Positions 10,690 through 21,412 of a stretch of 64,000 nucleotides of DNA are shown in pieces (position 1 is the stretch's first letter; the number at the start of each line of letters is the position of its first letter). The translations under genes were made by a program, and so were the position numbers. Source of the DNA: an uncultured Chloroflexia bacterium (lineage in GTDB: Bacteria; Chloroflexota; UBA6077; JACCZL01). The notes beneath the pieces were generated by a model. That model was not told the origin of the DNA. It worked only from the letters and a program-made list of their open reading frames with translations, and searched no databases. Location of the stretch: contig CAVXYC010000011.1 of NCBI GenBank assembly GCA_963765765.1, positions 1-64,000 on the forward strand. The letters run 5' to 3'.

Positions 10690-11169
10690 CTATTTGTCGC
10701 CGAAGAAGACGCCTTCGAGGATTTTTGTGGGCCGCTGAGCCGGCTCCTGACCGTCCACGGAGAAATTGCGATGACTGTAGTTCGTCCGTGTGTCTGGCTC
10801 ATTCTGCGCGGTGGCGCCAAATCGCAGGATGACGAGGTTGTCGTCGCCCTCGCTTTCAAACCAATACGGCGTACCCCTGGGAATTACCAGTCCCTGGTTC
10901 TTTTCGATAATTCCCACGACCTCGTTGTCCGTCGTGTAGAACCTGGCCTTCCCGTCGAGTACCAACCAGATCGCATCGCTGCCGTTGTGCGCGTGTAGAT
11001 TGGTCTCGCCGCCGTGGGCGATGACCTGAATGCTGCAGGAGATCAGGTCCGTCTGCGCCGCGGATGTGACGAGCTTGCCATACTCCAGAAGCTGCGGTCG
11101 GACATCGAACGTCTGGAACGGGCTCGGCGGCACCTGATCGATAGTTTCCGGTTCGCGAACCTGCGCCAC
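10690..11169 (-). CDS. Cupin domain protein
   Basis: GGETNLHAH..SDAIWLVLDG and IPRGTPYWFES cupin motifs; GGAGG RBS before GTG at 11169. Confidence 0.85.
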   Translation of the reverse strand: MAQVREPETIDQVPPSPFQTFDVRPQLLEYGKLVTSAAQTDLISCSIQVIAHGGETNLHAHNGSDAIWLVLDGKARFYTTDNEVVGIIEKNQGLVIPRGTPYWFESEGDDNLVILRFGATAQNEPDTRTNYSHRNFSVDGQEPAQRPTKILEGVFFGDK

Positions 11170-11420
11170 GATGGAACCTCCCTGGGTCAGTTTCCGCATC
11201 GTTGATACGGGCTCAGGAAGTCTAGGAGCGAATCGGAGTGCCGTCAAGCCTCCGAATTGTCGCCCGCGGCGCCCTGATTGATTCCGCGAAGATCTGGACG
11301 CAAGACGGGAAACACCTCGCGACCGACGGTGCGAGTCTCCACTTCCTGACGCTTGTCGGGACCGCTCCGCCGACCTGGGACACTAGATGCTTCTGGGGTC
11401 AACTCGCTATGTACGCGCCT

Positions 11421-13346
11421 TTAGGCGCTCGTCCCCAGCATGCCCATCTCATCCAGCCTGTGGATGATCAGATCCGCGGCTTGCTCCGGTGAGAGCGCTG
11501 TTGTATCGATGCGGATCTCCGGCGACTCCGGCGCTTCGTACGGCGAGTCGATGCCGGTGAAGTTGGCCAGCTCGCCGCGGCGGGCTTTCTGGTAGAGCCC
11601 CTTAGGATCGCGCTGCTCGGCCACCTGTAGTGGCGTGTCGACGAAGACTTCGATGAACTCGCCGTCTTGCACGAGCTCGCGGGCGAGCCGGCGCTCGGCT
11701 CGGAACGGTGAAATGAACGCCGTCAGCACGATGAGCCCGGCGTCGACCATGAGCCGGGCCACCTCACCGATCCGGCGGATGTTCTCCACGCGGTCCACAT
11801 CCGTGAAGCCGAGATCTTTGTTGAGGCCATGGCGCACGTTGTCTCCGTCCAGCAGATACGTATGGCGTCCCATCATCTGGAGCTTCTTCTCAACCTGGTT
11901 GGCGATGCTGGACTTGCCTGCGCCGGAGAGCCCCGTAAGCCACAGGACGCAGGGTGTCTGCCCCTTGATCGCGGCACGCGCCTCCTTGTTCACATCCACG
12001 GCTTGCATGTGAATGTTGTGCGATCGACGGAGCGCAAAGTGGAGCATGCCCGCGCCAACTGTGTTGTTCGTGACACGGTCGATTAGGATGAACCCACCGG
12101 TCTCGCGGTTCTCCTGATACGGATCGAACGCGATCGCGCGGTCGAGGCTCAGGTTGCAGACGCCAATCTCATTGAGCTCGAGCACCTTAGCGGCGAGGTG
12201 CTCCATGGTGCTCATGTTCATCTTGTACTTGATGTCCGTCACGCTGGCGTTGACCGTGCGCGTCCCGATTTTCAGCAGGTACGGACGACCGGGCAGCAGG
12301 TGCTCATGGTGCATCCAGACGATGTTCGCCTCGAACTGATCGGCTGACTCTGCCGGAGCATCGGTCCGCGAGATCACGTCGCCGCGACTGATGTCGATCT
12401 CATCCTCGAGCGTCAGCGTAATCGACTGACCTGCCACCGCCTCATCGAGATTGCCACCGAAGGTGACGATCTGATCCACCGTGCTCTCGAGCCCGGACGG
12501 CTGCACACGGACACGGTCACCGCGCCGAATACGACCGCTGGCGATCGTTCCGGGAAATCCGCGGAAATCGAGATTTGGCCGATTCACCCACTGTACGGGC
12601 ATGCGGAACGGAATGGCTTGCACGCGGTCCGCATCGATCTCCACTGTCTCGAGGAAATCCATCACCGTCGGGCCCGCGTACCAGGGCATGTTCGTGCTGC
12701 GCTCCAGCATGTTCTCGCCCTTGAGCGCAGACAGTGGCACCGCGACCACGTCAGTTAGGCCGATCTTGCTGGCCAGCTCCTGATAGTCGTCCACGATGGC
12801 GTTGAATACGTCCGCGGAATAGTCCATCAGGTCCATCTTGTTGACAGCCAGCAACACGTGGCGGATTCCCAGCAATGACACGACGTAGCTATGCCGACGC
12901 GTCTGCGTGAGGACGCCCTTGCGCGCATCGATCAGGATGATGGCCGCGTCCGCCGTGGACGCCCCGGTGACCATGTTTCTCGTGTATTGCTCGTGGCCCG
13001 GCGTATCAGCGACGATGAACTTGCGCCGATCCGTTGCGAAGAACCGATACGCCACGTCGATGGTGATGCCTTGCTCGCGCTCGGCGGCCAGCCCGTCTAC
13101 AAACAGCGCAAAATCGAGATTCTCGCCCTGTGTGCCCACACGGCGTGAGTCCGCCTCCAGGGCTACGAGATGGTCCTCGAAGAGCATTTTGGAGTCATAG
13201 AGCAGCCGTCCAATGAGCGTGCTCTTACCGTCATCGACGCTTCCGCAGGTGATGAAGCGGAGAAGCTCCTTGTGCTCGTGAGTCTTAAGGTACTGCTCGA
13301 TGTCTTCCGCGGCGAGACTGCGATCGAGCCCAACTGGAAGACTCAT
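11421..13346 (-). CDS. cysNC: Bifunctional sulfate adenylyltransferase subunit 1 / adenylyl-sulfate kinase
   Basis: [40 protein letters not shown]; C-terminal [28 protein letters not shown]. Confidence 0.97.
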   Translation of the reverse strand: MSLPVGLDRSLAAEDIEQYLKTHEHKELLRFITCGSVDDGKSTLIGRLLYDSKMLFEDHLVALEADSRRVGTQGENLDFALFVDGLAAEREQGITIDVAYRFFATDRRKFIVADTPGHEQYTRNMVTGASTADAAIILIDARKGVLTQTRRHSYVVSLLGIRHVLLAVNKMDLMDYSADVFNAIVDDYQELASKIGLTDVVAVPLSALKGENMLERSTNMPWYAGPTVMDFLETVEIDADRVQAIPFRMPVQWVNRPNLDFRGFPGTIASGRIRRGDRVRVQPSGLESTVDQIVTFGGNLDEAVAGQSITLTLEDEIDISRGDVISRTDAPAESADQFEANIVWMHHEHLLPGRPYLLKIGTRTVNASVTDIKYKMNMSTMEHLAAKVLELNEIGVCNLSLDRAIAFDPYQENRETGGFILIDRVTNNTVGAGMLHFALRRSHNIHMQAVDVNKEARAAIKGQTPCVLWLTGLSGAGKSSIANQVEKKLQMMGRHTYLLDGDNVRHGLNKDLGFTDVDRVENIRRIGEVARLMVDAGLIVLTAFISPFRAERRLARELVQDGEFIEVFVDTPLQVAEQRDPKGLYQKARRGELANFTGIDSPYEAPESPEIRIDTTALSPEQAADLIIHRLDEMGMLGTSA

Positions 13347-13347
13347 A

Positions 13348-14247
13348 CTAGAAGTACCCCTCCTGCTTCTTTTTCTCCATCGATGCCGTAGCATCGTGGT
13401 CGATCATGCGGCCCTGGCGCTCAGATGTGGTGGTGAGCAGCATCTCCTGGATGATGGCTGGAAGCGTGTCCGCGTCCGACTCGACGGCCCCGGTGAGCGG
13501 ATAGCAACCGAGTGTCCGGAAACGAACGCTACGCATCACCGGCTCTTCACCCGGATCCAGCGGCATTCGATGGTCATCCACCATGATCAGCGTGCCGTCG
13601 CGCACCACGGTAGGCCGCTCCTTTGCGTAGTACAGCGGAACGATAGGGATGTCCTCGAGGTAGATGTACTGCCAGATATCCAGCTCGGTCCAATTGGAAA
13701 GTGGGAAGACGCGGATACTCTCGCCCCTGTGCTTGCGGGCGTTGTACAGGTTCCAGAGCTCGGGTCGCTGGTTCTTGGGATCCCAACGATGTTGATCGGA
13801 TCTGAAGGAGAAGATGCGCTCCTTGGCGCGTGACTTCTCCTCGTCGCGCCGGGCCCCACCAAATGCCGCATCGAAACCGTACTTGTCCAACGCCTGCTTC
13901 AGCGCTTGAGTCTTCATGATGTCGGTGTGGACGTTTGAGCCCGCGCTAAACGGATTGATGCCCTGCGCCAGCCCCTCTTGATTGGTGTGCACCAGAAGGT
14001 TGAGACCCAGGCGCTTCGCCGTGGCATCACGGAATGCGATCATCTCGCGGAACTTCCAGGTGGTGTCCACGTGTAAAAAGGGAAAGGGCAACGGCGCCGG
14101 ATGAAACGCCTTGAGGGCCAGGTGCAGCATGACCGAGCTGTCCTTGCCAATTGAGTAGAGCATCACAGGGTTTTCAGCTTCAGCAACCACCTCACGCATG
14201 ATGTGAATGCTCTCAGCCTCGAGCCGCTGCAAGTGGGTCAGCCGCAT
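13348..14247 (-). CDS. cysD: Sulfate adenylyltransferase subunit 2
   Basis: [60 protein letters not shown]. Confidence 0.98.
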   Translation of the reverse strand: MRLTHLQRLEAESIHIMREVVAEAENPVMLYSIGKDSSVMLHLALKAFHPAPLPFPFLHVDTTWKFREMIAFRDATAKRLGLNLLVHTNQEGLAQGINPFSAGSNVHTDIMKTQALKQALDKYGFDAAFGGARRDEEKSRAKERIFSFRSDQHRWDPKNQRPELWNLYNARKHRGESIRVFPLSNWTELDIWQYIYLEDIPIVPLYYAKERPTVVRDGTLIMVDDHRMPLDPGEEPVMRSVRFRTLGCYPLTGAVESDADTLPAIIQEMLLTTTSERQGRMIDHDATASMEKKKQEGYF

Positions 14248-14358
14248 GCGCGATCTCGCTCCAGTTTCGTTGGGATCATTGTGGCTTTCTCGTCTCCCTC
14301 GCCCCCTGGGGAGAGGGAGCTCCGGGCAAGGGAGTCGTGTCGACGTGGGTCGCGAGGT

Positions 14359-15489
14359 TCACGGCACCTTCACCGTCCAGCCGTCGCCAACCGGTGCTGC
14401 GTCGTCACGCTTGCCATCGGATGTTCCATCGGGATCAATCCAGACGCGCAATCTGCGCGGCTTCACGTAGACCTGCTGGCCGATCTCGATCCCAAGCGTT
14501 CTGAAGGCTTCGCGGGGCATCTCCGCCTCGATCGATTCGCCGGTGCCCACCCGATCGAGCTCCAGACGAACAAACGGTCCAGCGCCGCGTATCTGGCGAA
14601 CGACGGCAGCCACGGCTTCATCCGAATCCGGCGTCTGGGTGATCTGGAGATCATGCGGCCGCACGTAACCAACGGCCGGAGCTGCTTCAACCCCAGCTTC
14701 CCTGGGCGCGTCCAGCTCGATCCCGCCGAATGAAAGACGGCCTTCCTCGAGTCGTCCGCGAAACAAATTGACATTGCCCAGAAAATGAAACACAAACGGC
14801 GTGGCGGGATGCTCGTACACCTCATCGGGCGTGCCCACCTGTACAACGCGACCTTCGTTCATTACCACTACGCGATCTGCCACCTCGAGCGCTTCGTCTT
14901 GATCGTGCGTCACGAGCAGGCCGGTAATGTGGAGCTCATCGTGGAGGCGCCGCAGCCAGCGGCGCAGCTCTTGACGAACCCGAGCGTCCAGTGCGCCGAA
15001 CGGCTCGTCTAGCAGCAGCACCTTGGGCTCAATGGCCAGAGCGCGAGCCAGAGCGATGCGCTGTCGTTGTCCGCCCGAAAGCTGCGACGGATACCGGTCA
15101 GCCAGCCAATCGAGTTGAACCAGCTCCAGCAGTTTGTGGACTCGTTCGCGGATCTCCGATTTGGACGGGCGGACGTTGCGCGGCCGCACGGTGAGCCCGA
15201 ACGCGACATTGTCGAACACGGTCATGTGTCGGAAGAGCGCGTAGTGCTGGAATACGAACCCAACCTGGCGCTCGCGGACGTGGCGATCGGTAGTGTCCTC
15301 GCCATGAAAGTAGACCGTCCCGGAATCGGCAGCGTCCAAACCAGCGATGATACGGAGGAGCGAGGTTTTGCCAGATCCTGAAGGCCCGAGTATTGCCACC
15401 AGCTCACCCGTGGGCACGTGCAGATTCACGTCATGAAGCGCGGTAAACGTGCCGAATCGCTTGGTAACGTTCTGGACTTCAATGCTCAA
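14359..15489 (-). CDS. cysA: Sulfate ABC transporter ATP-binding protein
   Basis: [40 protein letters not shown]; operon context; TTG start. Confidence 0.95.
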   Translation of the reverse strand: MSIEVQNVTKRFGTFTALHDVNLHVPTGELVAILGPSGSGKTSLLRIIAGLDAADSGTVYFHGEDTTDRHVRERQVGFVFQHYALFRHMTVFDNVAFGLTVRPRNVRPSKSEIRERVHKLLELVQLDWLADRYPSQLSGGQRQRIALARALAIEPKVLLLDEPFGALDARVRQELRRWLRRLHDELHITGLLVTHDQDEALEVADRVVVMNEGRVVQVGTPDEVYEHPATPFVFHFLGNVNLFRGRLEEGRLSFGGIELDAPREAGVEAAPAVGYVRPHDLQITQTPDSDEAVAAVVRQIRGAGPFVRLELDRVGTGESIEAEMPREAFRTLGIEIGQQVYVKPRRLRVWIDPDGTSDGKRDDAAPVGDGWTVKVP

Positions 15490-15490
15490 T

Positions 15491-16393
15491 TCAATGTCCC
15501 TTGGCCACCGCTCGGCGCTCGTCCAGCGCCTGGTCGCGAGTGGCCTTCCATTCCAACCAGGACTTGAGCACAAGCGTGACGAGCGCGAGGCCCGTGAGGA
15601 TCGACGCCACCGCAAATGCACCCACGAACTGGTACTCGTTGTAAAGAATCTCTGCCTGGAGTGGCATCGTGTTAGTGGAGCCACGAATCCGCCCAGAAAC
15701 CACTGAGACCGCGCCGAACTCACCCATGGCACGCGCGTTACAGATCACGATTCCGTAGAGAAGGCCCCATTTCACGTTTGGCAACGTGACCCGCATAAAC
15801 GTCTGCAATCCGCCGGCGCCAAGCAGGGTGGCTGCCTCTTCTTCATCCGTCCCCTGCGCCTGCATGAGCGGGATCAGCTCACGGGCAACGTACGGGAATG
15901 TAACGAACATAGTAGCAAGCACGATCCCCGGTACGGCAAACACGATCTTGAATCCGTGCTCAGCTACCCATCCGCCCAGCAGACCTTGAGCGCCGAACAG
16001 GAGGACAAACACCATACCTGCGATCACGGGAGATACGGAGATGGGAAGGTCGATGAACGTGACAAACAGATTCTTGCCGCGGAAATCGAACTTTGCAATT
16101 GCCCAGGCCGCCGTCACGCCGAATGCGACGTTCATGGGTACGGCGATCGCGGCTATCAGAAGTGTGAGCTGAATTGCCGCGATCGTATCGGGATTTCCGA
16201 ACGTTGCGAAGTACGCGCCCAGACCTTTCTCCAGCGCCTGGGCAAACACCGCGGCCAAAGGCACCAGCAGGAACAGCAGCAAGAAGGTGAACGCAACCGC
16301 CATCAACGCCCACCGTACCCAGCGCGGCTCCCCCACGGCCGATTGATGCGCTCGGGCGACCAGGAGCTCTGGAGAGGATGTTGCTACAGCCAT
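15491..16393 (-). CDS. cysW: Sulfate ABC transporter permease CysW
   Basis: [48 protein letters not shown]. Confidence 0.95.
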   Translation of the reverse strand: MAVATSSPELLVARAHQSAVGEPRWVRWALMAVAFTFLLLFLLVPLAAVFAQALEKGLGAYFATFGNPDTIAAIQLTLLIAAIAVPMNVAFGVTAAWAIAKFDFRGKNLFVTFIDLPISVSPVIAGMVFVLLFGAQGLLGGWVAEHGFKIVFAVPGIVLATMFVTFPYVARELIPLMQAQGTDEEEAATLLGAGGLQTFMRVTLPNVKWGLLYGIVICNARAMGEFGAVSVVSGRIRGSTNTMPLQAEILYNEYQFVGAFAVASILTGLALVTLVLKSWLEWKATRDQALDERRAVAKGH

Positions 16394-16402
16394 ACGCGCT
16401 TC

Positions 16403-16481
16403 TCTCGGTGGGGCGGGTCTCCGTACCCGCCAAGCTCTGTCCGCCGCCGACTGGCGGGTACGGAGACCCGCCCCACCGAGA
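16403..16481. repeat. REPIN-like element: two inverted REP-like units
   Basis: Perfect 30-bp inverted repeat TCTCGGTGGGGCGGGTCTCCGTACCCGCCA; each arm has a GTGG tetranucleotide followed by its own GGCGGGT..ACCCGCC palindrome. Confidence 0.85.
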
Positions 16482-16495
16482 AACAACATTCATGC

Positions 16496-17329
16496 TCATA
16501 CCGCGGAGAACCTATTGCTCCAGCGCTGTAAGAGATTGAGTGCCAGCAAGAGTACGAACGAGACGAGCAACATGACCACTGCGATGGCCGTGGCACCGGC
16601 GTAGTCGAACTGCTCTAGCTTGGTGACGATGATCAACGGAGCGATCTCGGTGCGGAGCGGCATGTTGCCGGAGATGAAGACCACCGAGCCGTACTCGCCC
16701 ACCGCGCGTGCAAAGGCCAGCGTGAACCCGGTGACCACAGCCGGTATGATAGTGGGTAGCACGACCCGAGCAAACGTCTGCCAGCGCGTGGCGCCCAGAC
16801 TGGCCGCCGCTTCTTCGATCTCGGCCTCGAGATCCGCCAGCACGGGCTGCACCGTGCGCACCACGAAGGGCAGGCCAATAAACGTAAGCGCGATCACAAC
16901 GCCGAGCTCCGTAAACGCGGCCTTGATTCCCAGTGCCATCAGCGGCCGGCCGAGCCAGCCGTTCTCGGCGTACACGGAGGTAAGCGCGATACCCGCCACT
17001 GCCGTAGGTAGCGCGAACGGCAAATCGACCAGGCCATCGATGAGTCGCCGGCCTGGAAAGGTGTAACGCACGAGGACCCATGCCACCAATAGGCCAAAGA
17101 CGGCGTTGAGGGCCGCCCCGATGAATGCCGCGCCAAAGGTGAGCTGGTAAGAGGCAATGGCTCGCGGCGAGGTCACGTGGGCGAGAAACTGCGACCACGT
17201 CAGCGTGGCGGTCTTGATGAATATCGCGGAGAGCGGAATGAGAACCAGCAGGGTGAGATACAGCATGCTCAACCCGAGCGTCAGACCAAAACCAGGGACA
17301 ACGCTCTTTCGCCGCGGGATCACCGCCAT
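16496..17329 (-). CDS. cysT: Sulfate ABC transporter permease CysT (CysU)
   Basis: PGFGLTLG, DLPFALPTAVAG, PFVVRTVQP, EEAAASLGA, GEYGSVVFISGN. Confidence 0.95.
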   Translation of the reverse strand: MAVIPRRKSVVPGFGLTLGLSMLYLTLLVLIPLSAIFIKTATLTWSQFLAHVTSPRAIASYQLTFGAAFIGAALNAVFGLLVAWVLVRYTFPGRRLIDGLVDLPFALPTAVAGIALTSVYAENGWLGRPLMALGIKAAFTELGVVIALTFIGLPFVVRTVQPVLADLEAEIEEAAASLGATRWQTFARVVLPTIIPAVVTGFTLAFARAVGEYGSVVFISGNMPLRTEIAPLIIVTKLEQFDYAGATAIAVVMLLVSFVLLLALNLLQRWSNRFSAV

Positions 17330-17347
17330 GGTCGAACCATCCAGCAG

Positions 17348-17472
17348 CTCCCTCGCCGTCTGAGAAAGGGCTGCGATGAGGGTAGAGTGGGATTCGCCAT
17401 TGAGAGCCCCTCACCCCAGCCCTCTCGCAGGGTGCGGGGGTGTCGACCAGCTGCTTCGGTACTGAGGGGAGG
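17348..17472. repeat. Degenerate inverted pair of CCCCTCACCCCAGCCCTCTC-type repeats
   Basis: GAGAAAGGGCTGCGATGAGGG ... CCCTCACCCCAGCCCTCTC; related motifs at about 5953, 14294, 52490-52553 and 53220. Confidence 0.65.
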
Positions 17473-17488
17473 CAGCAGCTTCGTGGGC

Positions 17489-18556
17489 CTAACGGCCAGG
17501 CTGATAGATCTGATCAAAGATTCCGCCGTCGTTGAAATGCTCCGCCTGAGCCTTTGCCCAGCCGCCAAACTGATCGATATTGATGAGATTGACCGCCGGG
17601 AAGTCGCTCGCATGCTGGGCAGCAATGGCCGCTTCGCGTGGTCGGTAGAAATTTTTTGCGGCGATCTCCTGCCCCTCTGGGGTGTAGAGATACTTGAGAT
17701 AAGCCTCGGCTACGGCGCGCGTGCCCTTCTTGTCGACCACCTTGTCCACAACGGCCACCGGCGGCTCGGCCAGAATGCTCATGGACGGGACGACGATATC
17801 AACCTTGTCCTTGCCGATCTCATTGACAGCCAGGAATGCTTCGTTCTCCCAGGCGAGCAGCACGTCACCGATACCGCGCTGGGCAAAGGTATTGGTGGAG
17901 CCACGCGCGCCGGAATCCAACACCGGTACATTCTTGAAGAGCTGAGTGACAAACTCGCGGGCGCCCTGATCGTCGCCGTTCTGATTCACCGAGTAGCCCC
18001 ATGCAGCCAAATAGTTCCAGCGAGCGCCGCCGGACGTTTTCGGGTTGGGTGTAATGACGGATACGCCGGGCTTCACGAGATCATCCCAGTCCTTGATGCC
18101 CTTGGGGTTACCCTTGCGCACCAGGAAAACAATTGTCGAGGTATACGGCGAGCTGTTCTGCGGCAGTCGCGTCTGCCAGTCTTTCGGCAACAAGTTACCC
18201 TTGTCAGCGATCTCGTCGATGTCATACGCCAGCGCCAGGGTCACGACGTCCGCCTCGAGCCCATCGATAACAGTCCGCGCCTGCGCGCCCGAACCGCCAT
18301 GTGACATCTTGACGTTGACCGCCTGCCCGGTGGTTTCTTTCCAGTGCTGAGAGAATGCCGTATTGAACGACTGGTAGAGCTCGCGCGTTGGGTCATATGA
18401 GACGTTCAGGAGCTCGACCGGAGCTCCACTCGTACTCGGAGTAGCACCGGACGGCCCGCTCTGGTCCGACGGTGATGGCGCGCACGCCGTCAGTGCGATC
18501 ACTGACGCAAGGGCAAGCGCTCGTATCGATCTATTGCGATGCTGGTTTGTGATCAC
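17489..18556 (-). CDS. sbp: Sulfate ABC transporter substrate-binding lipoprotein
   Basis: [56 protein letters not shown]; lipobox LTAC. Confidence 0.96.
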   Translation of the reverse strand: MITNQHRNRSIRALALASVIALTACAPSPSDQSGPSGATPSTSGAPVELLNVSYDPTRELYQSFNTAFSQHWKETTGQAVNVKMSHGGSGAQARTVIDGLEADVVTLALAYDIDEIADKGNLLPKDWQTRLPQNSSPYTSTIVFLVRKGNPKGIKDWDDLVKPGVSVITPNPKTSGGARWNYLAAWGYSVNQNGDDQGAREFVTQLFKNVPVLDSGARGSTNTFAQRGIGDVLLAWENEAFLAVNEIGKDKVDIVVPSMSILAEPPVAVVDKVVDKKGTRAVAEAYLKYLYTPEGQEIAAKNFYRPREAAIAAQHASDFPAVNLINIDQFGGWAKAQAEHFNDGGIFDQIYQPGR

Positions 18557-18793
18557 TTCAGTCCTCAGTCACATTCGCGGCAATTCTCTGCCGTCGTCAC
18601 ACCCACCATTGGGTCGCGGTCCGAAGCGGCGAGAGTTCGCCGCGTGCCTCCATGCAAGGCGCCAAATTCGTAGCGGTTCCACTTTTCCTATGGTTTTAGT
18701 GGAGAATGGATCGTACGACCATCAGGGGACGCATCGCAAGGTAAGAAGGGCGACTTATTCTCAGGAATGTCACGCACCGCGGATTCCCTGATA

Positions 18794-19582
18794 TCAATCG
18801 TCGGAAGGTTTCCGCAATCGACTCGCAACCAGCTCACCGTCAGGATTGGCAGTGAAATGAATGCCGCATTCCTTGAGATCCGACTGCTCCCACCACCAAC
18901 GTCCGGCACGCGGATCCTCCCCTAGCGTGATTGGGCGGGTGCAGGGAGCGCAACCGATGCTCGTATATCCCTGTGCGTACAGCGGATGGATCGGCACGTT
19001 GTTCTCGCGCACATACTCCCAGACCTGGGCTTCTGCCCAATGAGCAAGCGGATTGACTTTGACTTTCCCGCCATGCTCGAGATCCGCCTCCACAACAGCG
19101 ACCTCAGCCCGCGAAGCCGACTGATCTCGCCGCAATCCGGTAACCCACGCATCGAAGTCGGCCAATAGGCGAGCGAGCGGACGCGCTTTTCGCACCTCAC
19201 AGCACGACGCTCGTAACGCTTCGGATTCGTAAAAAAGGTTAATCCCGTGCTGACGTATGAGCGGTTCGACGTCGGCGGGGTCTGGGAACGTGACCTCGAC
19301 GTCGATCCCGTATCGATCGCGCACGCGATCGATCATCTCGTAAGTCTCCGCGGGTAATCGGCCGGTATCTATCGTAGCCACGCGGATATTCCGATCCAAT
19401 CGCCAGGCCATGTCGATGAGGGCCATACCATCAACCTGGAAACTGGTCAGAAACGCGAGCTTCGGCGCGCCAAAGGCACTCAATGCCCACTCTAATATTG
19501 CTTGTGGCTCGCGGACATCCCAGCGCGGAGCGACACTACCAGGCTCCGAGATATCCAACTTCGTGACGGCCCCCAGGGTCAT
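18794..19582 (-). CDS. cysH: APS/PAPS reductase, Fe-S (APS-reductase) type
   Basis: IDTGRLP.ETY, CCEVRK, WVTGLRRDQS, GYTSIGCAPCT, RAGRWWWE, KECGIH. Confidence 0.95.
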   Translation of the reverse strand: MTLGAVTKLDISEPGSVAPRWDVREPQAILEWALSAFGAPKLAFLTSFQVDGMALIDMAWRLDRNIRVATIDTGRLPAETYEMIDRVRDRYGIDVEVTFPDPADVEPLIRQHGINLFYESEALRASCCEVRKARPLARLLADFDAWVTGLRRDQSASRAEVAVVEADLEHGGKVKVNPLAHWAEAQVWEYVRENNVPIHPLYAQGYTSIGCAPCTRPITLGEDPRAGRWWWEQSDLKECGIHFTANPDGELVASRLRKPSDD

Positions 19583-19640
19583 CGCTCCCCCATCAGCCTA
19601 TTGTTGACTTTCTTGAGTATTCCGATCAACTTACCGGTAT

Positions 19641-19670
19641 ACCTTACGCGAGGAGCGCTAAAGGGGTCAA
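19641..19670 (-). promoter_or_regulatory. Putative sigma70-type promoter for the cys operon
   Basis: Minus strand TTGACC-18 nt-TAAGGT about 60 bp upstream of cysH. Confidence 0.55.
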
Positions 19671-19841
19671 GCGTGGCGCCTACGGCGCCGATCGACCAGC
19701 GAATATGGAAGATGCGCGAGGAGCCTCGCGAGGCCAAGAATCAACTCGTGCGTTGTGATACCGGCGGTTCACAGCCATATAGATGGCCGCGTCGGTCTAT
19801 GGTAGGCTACTAAACTGCCCCTCAATCACTGGAGTCCACTC

Positions 19842-21281
19842 GTGCCACGCCTGCTTCTCGCCACCGCATATGCGGTGGCGACTATGGTTTCCATCGTTCT
19901 CACCCCATTGCCGACATCAGCCCAATCAAACGAGGACTTCGCCTACGGCGTGATCGTTGATTCTACCGACCCGCGCAGTATGGCCAGAGCTCGCGAGGCC
20001 GGGTTCACGCACGCGAAGATGATCACGTTCTGGGATCGCCTGGAGTCGAGTCCCGGCGACCTTTCCTGGAACAAGACCGATCAGAACGATTTCGACAACA
20101 TCCTCCGAGTGGCTAGGAACGAGGACATGAAGCTCGTTGTCCGCGTGGACAATGTGCCCGGCTGGGCGGGCGGCTCGCCGGCCGGTGCTGATCTCAACGC
20201 GGTGCAAAGCTTCTACGCGGCTCTCGCTGACCACGGACGGGACGTTGTCGCAGGCTACGAGATCCTGAACGAGCCGAACCTTCCTTATGAATGGGGCGGG
20301 GCTCCAAGCCCTGAGGGCTATACGGAGTTTTTGAAGGCTGCCTATCGCGGAATCAAGGCCTCTGATCCAAATGCCATCGTCATGGGCGGAGGACCTTCAC
20401 CAGGCACGGGCGGCCTGGGTGGCACCATCGAGGACACAGACTTCATCCGAGGCATGTACAGGGCTGGCGCCAAGGGTTATATGGACGCGCTGTCGGTCCA
20501 TCCCTATGGTGGCAATATCGAGCCAGAGCGCGACCCCAACACCTGCATCATCTGCTTTCGGCGAGTGGAGCTCTATCGGCAGCTCATGGTGGAGCTGGGC
20601 GACGCCCGAACTCCGATGTGGGCCACTGAATACGGTTGGCTTACAGACTCCGGAACCTATCTCGGCCAGTATGACTGGATGAAGGTAAGCGAGCCCGATC
20701 AAGCCGCGTACGTGCTCCGCTCCTTCCAGTATGCCCAGAAGAACTGGCCGTGGATGCAGGGCATGTTGCTCAGCAACCTGGACGCAAGCACAACTCCCTA
20801 TCACCAGGGGCCGGAGGACGGCATGCCCTGGTTTGCGATCCTCAACGGCGATTACTCTCCCCGCCAGGCGTACACCGCCTTCAAGGACATGCGCGCTGAC
20901 CAGATGGCGATCATCGAAGCCCGGAAGAGAGCCGAGCGGGAGGCTCAGGCGCAAACTCGCGCCGAGGCAGCCGCGCGTGGCGCCCAGCAAGAGGCGGCGG
21001 CAGCGCAAGGCCAATCAAGCGACGAGCCAGATGAAGATCAGCCGCCAGCGGAGGTTAGCGCAGCACTCGGCTCCAGTGAGCTCCGCGTGAGCGGAACCGG
21101 GGGCGAAGGACTGAGCCTCAGGGTCAATCCCAGCTCGACGGCTCTGCGAATCAAGACGCTTGCAGAGGGCGCCAGCGTGCAAGCCATGGGTGGGGAGCAG
21201 TCGGCCGAAGGCCGTGTCTGGAAGCAGGTCAAGGACAGCAGTGGCGCCACAGGCTGGGCCGCCGCTCAGTACCTGAAGTAG
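19842..21281 (+). CDS. Secreted clan GH-A glycoside hydrolase (GH5/GH39-like) with a coiled linker and C-terminal SH3b domain
   Basis: Signal peptide; YEILNEPN acid/base, SVHPYG, MWATEYGW nucleophile; VSGTGGEGLSLR..W..V....GW SH3b. Confidence 0.88.
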   Translation: MPRLLLATAYAVATMVSIVLTPLPTSAQSNEDFAYGVIVDSTDPRSMARAREAGFTHAKMITFWDRLESSPGDLSWNKTDQNDFDNILRVARNEDMKLVVRVDNVPGWAGGSPAGADLNAVQSFYAALADHGRDVVAGYEILNEPNLPYEWGGAPSPEGYTEFLKAAYRGIKASDPNAIVMGGGPSPGTGGLGGTIEDTDFIRGMYRAGAKGYMDALSVHPYGGNIEPERDPNTCIICFRRVELYRQLMVELGDARTPMWATEYGWLTDSGTYLGQYDWMKVSEPDQAAYVLRSFQYAQKNWPWMQGMLLSNLDASTTPYHQGPEDGMPWFAILNGDYSPRQAYTAFKDMRADQMAIIEARKRAEREAQAQTRAEAAARGAQQEAAAAQGQSSDEPDEDQPPAEVSAALGSSELRVSGTGGEGLSLRVNPSSTALRIKTLAEGASVQAMGGEQSAEGRVWKQVKDSSGATGWAAAQYLK

Positions 21282-21412
21282 GTACTATCGGTCTCTAAGC
21301 GAAGCCTGTCGCTTGCTTGCCGAGTACAGACCGAGCTTTCCCCGATGTAGTTGGTGGATGGCGCTGTCTATGGGTACGCGAAAAAGGCTACGCGCACCGC
21401 GCCGCTGCCCGA

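Noticed and set aside
17177-18304. Long antisense ORFs (e.g. 17177-18304, 47854-49065, 59663-60826, 35108-35950)
   Set aside because: They are shadows of well-supported genes on the opposite strand, expected in high-GC DNA, and contain no motifs.
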